32,000 nt of DNA. Source: Candidatus Electrothrix sp. GW3-4 (GTDB lineage Bacteria; Desulfobacterota; Desulfobulbia; Desulfobulbales; Desulfobulbaceae). The translations under genes and the position numbers were made by a program. Positions 9,349 through 16,591 of the stretch are shown piece after piece; the first letter of the stretch is position 1, and each line of letters starts with the position of its first letter. A model generated the notes under the pieces. It saw only the letters and a program-made list of their open reading frames with translations, did no database searches and was not told the DNA's origin. The stretch is from assembly GCF_037902255.1 (NCBI RefSeq), contig NZ_CP147990.1, forward strand, positions 2,070,001-2,102,000, written 5' to 3'.

Positions 9349-9390
9349 CGCAAACTCAAGTTAACGTCCTTCCACGATATCATCTCGCTC

Positions 9391-9422
9391 AAAACAAAAA
9401 TCCCCCGGCAATACCGAGGGAT
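9391..9422 (-). terminator. rho-independent terminator between the beta-barrel gene and the caspase gene
   Basis: Reverse-strand RNA reads AUCCCUCGG-UAUUG-CCGGGGGAU, a 9-bp stem with one G-U pair, followed directly by UUUUGUUUU. Confidence 0.65.
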
Positions 9423-9524
9423 CCTTGCTTACAGTACGTCGTCTTCGCTCATGCCTTTGTCCTGCTGCTGCACTACTGTCTGGCCAGTTCCTTCTGGCTC
9501 TATTTTCACCCGGGAAGGCAAGAG

Positions 9525-10430
9525 CTAAAACTGATAGCTAAGGGCGAAACGGAAGATGTAGGACTCTTCCTCTACATCGCTTGAGGAATCGTCATAATAT
9601 TGCTGAGGCCCTTCATTATCATAACCCCAATCCACTGTAATCTCATTACCGGAGAAATCATCAAAGGTGTACTTATACCAATCCGCCGTAATACTGTAGC
9701 TGAGTGAATCAGTCAGGTAGGACTTCCAGGCCACTCCGATGGTCATTCCTGTTGCATCACCACCATCGTTATTGATAGTTACATGGTTTCTGGAGTAGTA
9801 AATGGTATTGCTCCCCTCATAGGAGTAAAAACTGTAACTATCGTATCTTGACGTTAGATCACCGTCCAACAGGGCATAGGCCGCCTTTATGGAAAGGGTA
9901 CTGTCTTCAAAGAGGTTCCACCCATAGGAGAGGCCCAGGAACCAGCCATCCGCAGAGAACTCTGTCTCACCATCCAAAGGGTCCAACGCACTTAATACAC
10001 TATCAGTATAACTAAATTGGTCTGTAAAAGAGGTTTCATGACTATTCCAACCAGCGAAAACGGACAGACCGCCGGTGATATTATAGCCCAGGGTCAAGGC
10101 ATAGGCAAACACGTCGAAGTCTGTATCGTAGTAAGCGTAATCATAAGTCTCATCATCACTGCCTTCCATGGTTTGTTCAAAGGAGGCATCAAAGTAAAAC
10201 TTACCCGCAGCCAGGGTTAGGCCCGCCCCCCCGGTCAACAGGTCGTCCCCCACATCCGCAAAGTCCGATGTACCGGTATCATTGCCCCAATTACTGACCT
10301 GCCATTTTAGACTGTAATGATTAATCCCCACACTAGCTCGCGGGGTGATACTGACAGCAGAAGCAAAACTGTTTTGGGCAACAAGAAGTGAACTCCCCAC
10401 CAATACGGCCATCATCATTCTTTTCTTCAT
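9525..10430 (-). CDS. outer-membrane beta-barrel protein
   Basis: ORF 9525..10490. Start at ATG 10430 behind AGGAGA. Signal peptide MKKRMMMAVLVGSSLLVAQNSFASA. The body shows alternating hydrophobic/polar Gly/Tyr/Ser/Asp-rich strands and ends with the C-terminal signature …FALSYQF. Confidence 0.7.
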   Translation of the reverse strand: MKKRMMMAVLVGSSLLVAQNSFASAVSITPRASVGINHYSLKWQVSNWGNDTGTSDFADVGDDLLTGGAGLTLAAGKFYFDASFEQTMEGSDDETYDYAYYDTDFDVFAYALTLGYNITGGLSVFAGWNSHETSFTDQFSYTDSVLSALDPLDGETEFSADGWFLGLSYGWNLFEDSTLSIKAAYALLDGDLTSRYDSYSFYSYEGSNTIYYSRNHVTINNDGGDATGMTIGVAWKSYLTDSLSYSITADWYKYTFDDFSGNEITVDWGYDNEGPQQYYDDSSSDVEEESYIFRFALSYQF

Positions 10431-10623
10431 AGCTTCTCCTTTGTTTAGTTCTTTTGTCAATAATTCAATAATTCCTCTTCGTCCAACCACCTACTTACTG
10501 AAAATTAATTGAAATTGTGCGGAATGCTCGTTTTTACCCGCCCTGATTAAGGTACTCAAATAATTCGATTAAAAAAACATCTCCCTAACCTCTTGTTTAT
10601 GAAAATAAAACTACTCCCCTTAT

Positions 10624-10890
10624 CTAACGGTTAAATCTTTTTCTTTTTTTTTGCAAGGAAAATTTACTCTTACAGTCTTCTGATTTTATTCTTTTTCTTC
10701 TTAAAGCCATTGATAAGCTCACCGAGATAACAGCTAGCAAACAACTTATCGTTTTTAAATCCATACTTTTTTTGATCAGCTTTGGGTAACCACAATCAAG
10801 GCTCTCCCCCCCTTGATGCTCCTCATAGACGGTGCCCGTTCTACCGCTGCGGAAAGATATCGACTTTCTGTTCTTATACAGAACCGCCAT
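10624..10890 (-). CDS. hypothetical small membrane protein (weak call)
   Basis: Internal ATG of ORF 10624..10971, behind AAGGGG. There is one hydrophobic helix (TISCLLAVISVSLSMAL) and a Lys/Arg-rich tail. The context is AT-rich intergenic, so it may be spurious. Confidence 0.2.
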   Translation of the reverse strand: MAVLYKNRKSISFRSGRTGTVYEEHQGGESLDCGYPKLIKKSMDLKTISCLLAVISVSLSMALRRKRIKSEDCKSKFSLQKKRKRFNR

Positions 10891-11055
10891 AATTATCAAC
10901 CCCTTACTTTCACGAGATACTGTAATGTGATAATAAATAAATCCCTTGCAATTTGAGACATAATTGAGCAAAGTTTTATATGCATTCTGCCCTCCCTTGA
11001 ATCTTGGTCGAGATTCATGAAAAAGTAATCACAGATCGGACTGAATGTACATTTT

Positions 11056-11091
11056 GATCAACTCCCCTCATAAAGAGGAGGGGAGTTGATC
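11056..11091. repeat. perfect 14-bp inverted repeat (hairpin), GATCAACTCCCCTC - 8 nt - GAGGGGAGTTGATC
   Basis: Read directly: arms at 11056..11069 and 11078..11091. It lies in the divergent control region, about 150 bp upstream of the DUF4384/CHASE2 operon. No flanking T tract on either strand, so it is not a canonical terminator. Confidence 0.6.
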
Positions 11092-11242
11092 GGAAAAGAC
11101 CAGGCCTATCTCATGAGTTAGGTGAGATTCTTGTGAAGAGTTAATGAGCAGTTCATCTTCGACCCAGCGTATCATATTGAATTTTCTAAAAAACAAAAGG
11201 AATCTGCACGAAAAATTCCAATCCAGGGGAGAGAAAAAAATT

Positions 11243-11953
11243 ATGTATTATAAAAGAGTTATTATCGAGACAAAAAAAATAAAGACCATCCTGTTATTTT
11301 CTCTGATAATTTTACAATGTTCTCTCGTTTTCTCTCCAGCAGATGTCTTTGCTGCAGAGAGCAAGACAGACAACGAGATCTCTTTTGTCTGGGCATTCGC
11401 TGCAATCAAAAATGCGAGCGGCCGTCCTGAATCGGTAAATATAGATCGCGATATCACCTTAAAAAAAGGCGATCAAATCAAGATGCTGGTTCAGTTAACA
11501 TCACATTGCTTTGTCTATGTTATCCATTTAGGCAGTAAAGGCGAAATGAGCCTTCTCTATCCTGAGGGAGCTGGGCAACATCAATTGAAGAATAAAGTAT
11601 TTATTCCCCAGGGTGACTATTGGTTTACCTTGGATGAAAATAAAGGAAAAGAAACTGTTTACCTGTTGGCATCGAAAACGCGGCTCATATCCCTTGAAGC
11701 CCTTTTTGAAAGGTATAAGACCCTGGATCAGGGAAGTAAAAACAACATGAAAGATCAAATTTTAAGCCAAATAAGGAGGATAAAAAAACAGCATAAAAAA
11801 CCACTTTATGGTAAAGCAGAACGCCCTGTGTTAATAGGGGGGGCATTTAGAGGTCTTGAAAAAGAAGCATCAGAAAATTCAATCACAAGACATTCAATAC
11901 AAATTACAGCCAAAGAATTCTATAGTCGAACATTCATCATTCACCATGAATAA
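11243..11953 (+). CDS. exported/membrane-anchored DUF4384-domain protein
   Basis: ORF 11144..11953. Start at ATG 11243 behind GGGGAGAG puts the hydrophobic segment TILLFSLIILQCSLVFSPADVFA at the N-terminus. The core LKKGDQIKMLVQLTSHCFVYVIHLGSKGEMSLLYP…VFIPQGDYWFTLDENKGKETVYLLAS matches DUF4384. The stop overlaps the next gene's start. Confidence 0.75.
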   Translation: MYYKRVIIETKKIKTILLFSLIILQCSLVFSPADVFAAESKTDNEISFVWAFAAIKNASGRPESVNIDRDITLKKGDQIKMLVQLTSHCFVYVIHLGSKGEMSLLYPEGAGQHQLKNKVFIPQGDYWFTLDENKGKETVYLLASKTRLISLEALFERYKTLDQGSKNNMKDQILSQIRRIKKQHKKPLYGKAERPVLIGGAFRGLEKEASENSITRHSIQITAKEFYSRTFIIHHE

Positions 11954-13928
11954 ACAAACGGATACAAAAACAACTGGTTTTTTGATTTGTTTTTCTTTTA
12001 TCCTCTCACACGTCTGTTTCTGGTTACTGCCAAACCTCTTTCAGTCCTGGAACTTAAAAGCCGTTGACCATCTCTTTCAATATCGGATAAAAAACGAGCG
12101 GTTTAGTCCACAATACAATGATACCATTGTTCACGTTGACTTAAACGATACCAGTATCCAGGATTTTGATAATTACTATCTGGATCGCACCTACTATTCA
12201 AGGGTCATTGAAAATTTATCCAGAATGGGCGTTCAATCCCAACTGCACGATTTTTTATTTGTTGCGCCCACGGACCAAGATAAAGACAAAAAATTAATAG
12301 AGGCCGTAACCAAGGCAGATAATGTCTATTTTGGTATGGCCTTTAGGTTCAACGAGACCGGGCAAAGGTCACATATTTCCGTTAAATCACCAGCAGCTCA
12401 ATATTTAGATGAAACTAGCTATTCCGTTAAAACAAAAGGCGATCTATCTCAAGTATACAGAGGCAATAATCCCATATCTACCTTTCCCGCCCTGGCAAAG
12501 GCAGCAAAAGGAATTGGTTTTTTAAATATTGTAAACGATATTGATGGGGTTTTTAGACGGGCTCCCCTGCTTGTACAGTATAAGCAAGATTTTTATCCCA
12601 GCCTTGTCTTTCGCGCAGTCTGTGATCTACTCAACGTGTCTCCTCAAGATATCATCATCACGCCAGGCAAATCCATTCGTCTGAAAAATGCAAAAAAAGC
12701 TAGCGGATCTCCACCAAGAGATATCGTCATCCCTATAGATGCATCGGGAAAGATGCTCATCAATTTTGTCGGTACCTGGGAAAAAATGAAACATTATAAC
12801 TTCTCAGACATCTACTACTCTTCTGAGTATTCAGGTGAAATTGACATGTGGACTGATGAGTTATCTGGAAAAATTATTATTGTTTCAGATGTGACCAGTG
12901 GATCATCAGACATAGGGGCAACCCCCATAGATGCCAATTTTCCTTTATCCGGACTACATGCCAATACCATTCATACCATACTGACCGAATCCTTCCTCTA
13001 TGAGGTCTCCCCACAGCACATGCTGGCAATAATGTTTGGCATATCAATCATCATGTATTTGCTTTGCATTCTTATTCCCTCCATTTGGTTTGCCTTGGGA
13101 GCAGTCCTCCTGGGCATTGGCTATATCTTCACAGCATCTTTCTTGTTTTTATCAAAGCAAATTATACTTAACATGATTAATCCGCCTTTCATGATCATTT
13201 TGTCTATAGTACTCGTGCTATCCTATCGATTTTTTCAAGATGAAAAGGAAAAAGAGGTCCTACGAAGGACATTTGAAGCATATTTCTCCCCGGCTATCGT
13301 TAAAAAAGCAATGAATAATCCAGACCTTCTGGTATCAAACGGAAATAAAAAAGAACTCACCATTCTCTTTAGTGATATTGTCTCCTTTACTTCCCACTCT
13401 GCCAATATGGCTCCTGAAAAAGTGCAACAACTCCTCAATGAGTATTTTAGCGAGATGACCAAAATAGTCTTTAAACATAATGGTACGGTCGATAAATTTA
13501 TAGGGGACGGTATGATGGTTTTTTTTGGTGATCCAGAACCCATGAAGGACCATGCCTTAAAATGTGTACAAGTCGCCATTGAAATGCAGGAAAAAACAAC
13601 TGAACTGAGAGATGCGTGGACCAGAAAGGGAGACATGCCCCTGGAGATCAGAATTGGCGTCAACACAGGCAAGGTCTTTGTGGGAAACATGGGATCACCC
13701 CAGCGCCTTTCCTATACGGCCCTTGGCGGTGCAGTGAATATGGCTCAACGCCTGGAATCAAACGCCCCGGTCAACGGAATCCTCATCTCACAACATACCA
13801 ATGATCTCATTAAAGCTCACTTCAAGACAAAATGCCTTGGAAAAATTATGTTAAAAGGCTTTAAAGATCCTGTTCCAGTGTTTGAAGTAAAAAAACAACG
13901 TGCTGAATCAATGCATCAGGGAGCTTGA
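11946..13928 (+). CDS. CHASE2 extracytoplasmic sensor domain - transmembrane - class III adenylate/guanylate cyclase
   Basis: ORF 11856..13928. ATG 11946 overlaps the upstream gene's stop by 8 nt. Layout: N-terminal helix, about 330-aa periplasmic CHASE2-like region (…GFLNIVNDIDGVFRRAPLLVQYKQDFYPSLVF…), a cluster of about three helices, then a cyclase domain (ILFSDIVSFTS, DKFIGDGMMVFFG, RIGVNTGKVFVGNMG, YTALGGAVNMAQRLES). The Lys in DKFIGDG and Thr in YTALGG are consistent with an ATP-specific class IIIb enzyme; that is inference. Confidence 0.85.
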   Translation: MNKQTDTKTTGFLICFSFILSHVCFWLLPNLFQSWNLKAVDHLFQYRIKNERFSPQYNDTIVHVDLNDTSIQDFDNYYLDRTYYSRVIENLSRMGVQSQLHDFLFVAPTDQDKDKKLIEAVTKADNVYFGMAFRFNETGQRSHISVKSPAAQYLDETSYSVKTKGDLSQVYRGNNPISTFPALAKAAKGIGFLNIVNDIDGVFRRAPLLVQYKQDFYPSLVFRAVCDLLNVSPQDIIITPGKSIRLKNAKKASGSPPRDIVIPIDASGKMLINFVGTWEKMKHYNFSDIYYSSEYSGEIDMWTDELSGKIIIVSDVTSGSSDIGATPIDANFPLSGLHANTIHTILTESFLYEVSPQHMLAIMFGISIIMYLLCILIPSIWFALGAVLLGIGYIFTASFLFLSKQIILNMINPPFMIILSIVLVLSYRFFQDEKEKEVLRRTFEAYFSPAIVKKAMNNPDLLVSNGNKKELTILFSDIVSFTSHSANMAPEKVQQLLNEYFSEMTKIVFKHNGTVDKFIGDGMMVFFGDPEPMKDHALKCVQVAIEMQEKTTELRDAWTRKGDMPLEIRIGVNTGKVFVGNMGSPQRLSYTALGGAVNMAQRLESNAPVNGILISQHTNDLIKAHFKTKCLGKIMLKGFKDPVPVFEVKKQRAESMHQGA

Positions 13929-14096
13929 TCCTCTATAAACCCTCCGGTAGCGGCGCGGATGATGCCCCCTCCACGCAGGCGATGAAAAGAGTACGATAAA
14001 TAATCTGAGTTGGAAGCTTGGTCGGCTTTGCCAATCACTTTCATATTACATAAAAAGGCAAAACAGGCAACCAAGAATCAATACAATCTAATTATA

Positions 14097-15722
14097 ATGA
14101 ACAACCGTTTACTTTTTGGGATTATTTGCACAATTATTCTCTGTCCATCTCTTCTGCATGCCCAAAAAAAAGTACAAATTTTTAATGCGCAAGGCGTTGA
14201 ACAGATACTGTATCGACAGAGTCACGCCTTATTGATTGGTGCTTCGGATTATACTGCCGGTTGGCCCGATCTTCCAGGAGTAAAGGAGGATATCGCAGCT
14301 GTAGAAAAAATCCTAAAAGAGCATAATTTCAGCATAACCAAGATCTTAAACCCTGATAAACAGGCCTTAAATGAAGCCTTTGAAAAATTTATTCGCGATT
14401 ATGGATTGGATGAAGAAAACAGACTTCTTGTCTACTTTGCTGGCCATGGTTACACCCTGAAAAAAAAATATGGTGAAGAAATGGGATATATCGTGCCCGT
14501 TGATGCCCCAAACCCGCATAATGACGAAAAGGGGTTTATCAGTAAGGCAATGCCCATTGAGCGCATTGAACTTTTTGCCAAAAGAATTGATGCCAAACAC
14601 GCGCTTTTTATCTTTGATAGCTGCTTTTCAGGTTCCATCTTCTCCTTGTCTCGGGCAATTCCAGCAAGTATTACCGATAAAACCTCAAAACCGGTACGGC
14701 AATTTATCACTTCTGGAGACGCTGATGAGGAAGTTCCTGATATCAGCGTGTTCAGCCAACAATTTATTTCCGCCCTCTCTGGGGACGGGGACAGTAACCG
14801 TGATGGCTATCTTACTGGCAGCGAATTAGGTTCTTTTCTTACAGATACGGTAATCAATTATTCGAAAAATACCCAACATCCGCAATATGGTAAAATACGT
14901 AACCCCCACCTGAATAAAGGTGATTTTGTTTTCATCCTTCCTCAAAAGAAATTATCTGTAAAAGCAGTTAGTCAGAGCGATAAGCAAAAGACTAGCGATA
15001 CCGCTTTAGGAGAAGGTGGAAAGTTTTCAGAACAAGCCGAGCTTATGTTTTGGGATACCATAAAAAACAGCTCGAATCCCGCTGATTTCAAGGCCTACTT
15101 GGAACAATTCCCGCATGGCAAATTTGCAGGTCTTGCTCGGATTCGTAGTGGTAAATTAGATAGTTCAGTCACTTCGAAACCTGCTATACCAGAGAAGACA
15201 ACAAAGGAGGCTGCACGAATCGCCAGAGAGCAGGAGGAGGCGAGAAAGAAAAGAGCGGAGGCTGCACGAATCGCCAGAGAGCAGGAGGAGGCGAGAAAGA
15301 AAAGAGCGGAGGCTGCACGAATCGCCAGAGAGCAGGAGGAGGCGAGAAAGAAAAGAGCGGAGGCTGCACGAATCGCCAGAGAGCAGGAGGAGGCGAGAAA
15401 GAAAAGAGCGGAGGCTGCACGAATCGCCAGAGAGCAGGAGGAGGCGAGAAAGAAAAGAGCGGAGGCTGCACGAATCGCCAGAGAGCAGGAGGAGGCGAGG
15501 AAGAAAAGAGAAATTTTATCTCAGTACAACAAGGTACTGAGCCTGGGTTTTAAGGCGGTTGAGCAAAATAACCGCGAGAAAAGTCAGGATTACTATAATC
15601 AGGCTCGACAGTTGGCTGATACATACAAGCTTTCCCGCAAAGATCTGCGTCAATTAGAGCAGAAAATAAAATCCATCAAGAAAGCAAAAAAGAAAAAACG
15701 TCGCATTATCAGCACATTTTAA
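14097..15722 (+). CDS. exported caspase-family (peptidase C14) protein with C-terminal E/R/K-rich tandem-repeat helix
   Basis: ORF 14010..15722. Start at ATG 14097 gives the signal peptide MNNRLLFGIICTIILCPSLLHA. The dyad context is LLVYFAGHG (His) and ALFIFDSCFSG (Cys). Downstream features are the FWDTIKNSSNPADFKAYLEQFPHGKFAGLARIR motif, then 6 x EAARIAREQEEARKKRA, and a basic C-terminus. Confidence 0.85.
   Translation: MNNRLLFGIICTIILCPSLLHAQKKVQIFNAQGVEQILYRQSHALLIGASDYTAGWPDLPGVKEDIAAVEKILKEHNFSITKILNPDKQALNEAFEKFIRDYGLDEENRLLVYFAGHGYTLKKKYGEEMGYIVPVDAPNPHNDEKGFISKAMPIERIELFAKRIDAKHALFIFDSCFSGSIFSLSRAIPASITDKTSKPVRQFITSGDADEEVPDISVFSQQFISALSGDGDSNRDGYLTGSELGSFLTDTVINYSKNTQHPQYGKIRNPHLNKGDFVFILPQKKLSVKAVSQSDKQKTSDTALGEGGKFSEQAELMFWDTIKNSSNPADFKAYLEQFPHGKFAGLARIRSGKLDSSVTSKPAIPEKTTKEAARIAREQEEARKKRAEAARIAREQEEARKKRAEAARIAREQEEARKKRAEAARIAREQEEARKKRAEAARIAREQEEARKKRAEAARIAREQEEARKKREILSQYNKVLSLGFKAVEQNNREKSQDYYNQARQLADTYKLSRKDLRQLEQKIKSIKKAKKKKRRIISTF
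15207..15510 (+). repeat. tandem repeat, 51-bp unit x about 6 (five identical copies, the sixth with one substitution and a divergent end), in frame within the caspase gene
   Basis: Unit GAGGCTGCACGAATCGCCAGAGAGCAGGAGGAGGCGAGAAAGAAAAGAGCG starts at 15207, 15258, 15309, 15360, 15411 and 15462. It encodes the 17-aa unit EAARIAREQEEARKKRA. Confidence 0.95.
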
Positions 15723-15740
15723 AGGAAATAAGGGCGGATA

Positions 15741-16523
15741 TCATTTTGGCACCACCCGAATCTCAAACAGCCAGGGCCAGAGTTTTCCGGTCACAACGAG
15801 GCGATCATTCACCGGATCGTACATAATCCCGTTGAGTACATCTGTTTTTCCTTTCCAGATGCTCTGTACCTGGGCGGAGAGCTCACTCAGGTCAAGCCAG
15901 CCAGTGACCCTGCCGTCCTCTGGGTGAATAATGGCAATCCGATCTGTCTGCCAGACATTGGCATAGATCGCTCCCCGCACATATTCCAGTTCATTGAGTC
16001 TGGTGACTTTCCCCTGATCATCATGCACCAGGATCTGCCTTTTTTCCTGCAAGGTCTCAGGATCAAGAAAATAGAGAGAGGCCGAGCCATCACTAACGAT
16101 CAGCTCCTTGCCGTTATGGGTAATCCCCCAGCCCTCACGCGGGTATGGCCAGGATCTGATCACAACCAATCGTTCCCTATCCAAGAGAAAGACCTGTCTG
16201 TTTTTCCAGGTCAGCTGGTAAATTCGATCCCGAAAGACCGTGATTCCCTCAGCAAAATATTGCCGTCTGTAGCGCCGCTGCCGATGCACGGCTCCTGTTT
16301 TCAGGTCCAGCGAGCGTAAGGAGGATCGACCATAGAGCCCGGTTCCTTCGTACATTCGGCCCTCATCCCAGGCAAGCCCCTGGGTAAACGCCTTGGGATC
16401 ATGGGGATATTGTCGAACAAGCCTGTAGGTGAACTGTTTCGGGCGGAGAGTCTGCGTGCTACCCAAGGTGGAGCTCACTCCGAAGAGCAGCAGGAGAAAA
16501 CAGCAAAAAAAACGAGCCTTCAC
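15741..16523 (-). CDS. glutaminyl-peptide cyclotransferase (bacterial/plant beta-propeller type), exported
   Basis: 260 aa with a GTG start at 16523. Signal peptide KARFFCCFLLLLFGVSS. Blocks YPHDPKAFTQGLAWDEG, YEGTGLYGRSSLR, EGWGITHNG, LNELEYVRGAIYANVW are typical of the glutamine cyclotransferase family. Confidence 0.8.
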   Translation of the reverse strand: MKARFFCCFLLLLFGVSSTLGSTQTLRPKQFTYRLVRQYPHDPKAFTQGLAWDEGRMYEGTGLYGRSSLRSLDLKTGAVHRQRRYRRQYFAEGITVFRDRIYQLTWKNRQVFLLDRERLVVIRSWPYPREGWGITHNGKELIVSDGSASLYFLDPETLQEKRQILVHDDQGKVTRLNELEYVRGAIYANVWQTDRIAIIHPEDGRVTGWLDLSELSAQVQSIWKGKTDVLNGIMYDPVNDRLVVTGKLWPWLFEIRVVPK

Positions 16524-16591
16524 TACACGTTAACCGACAACATCTTTTTCTTACCACAGCCTGGTTGCCTCACCCTTCCCTGCTTCTTCAT
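16523..16591 (-). CDS. 22-codon upstream small ORF (MKKQGRVRQPGCGKKKMLSVNV), stop/start-coupled to the cyclotransferase gene
   Basis: ATG 16591 is preceded by AAGGAGGAG at a 4-nt spacing. Its TAG (16525..16523) overlaps the GTG start of the downstream gene (TAGTG). That gene has no recognisable SD of its own. Confidence 0.35.
   Translation of the reverse strand: MKKQGRVRQPGCGKKKMLSVNV

Noticed and set aside
15184-15471. Minus-strand 95-aa ORF with repeated PPLFSFSPPPALWRFVQ
   Set aside because: It is the reverse-frame image of the 51-bp tandem repeat. The + frame is continuous with a well-supported caspase gene.
15207-15510. Possible CRISPR array (regular short repeats)
   Set aside because: The units are contiguous with no spacers and lie in frame inside a coding sequence. 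No cas genes or leader are present.
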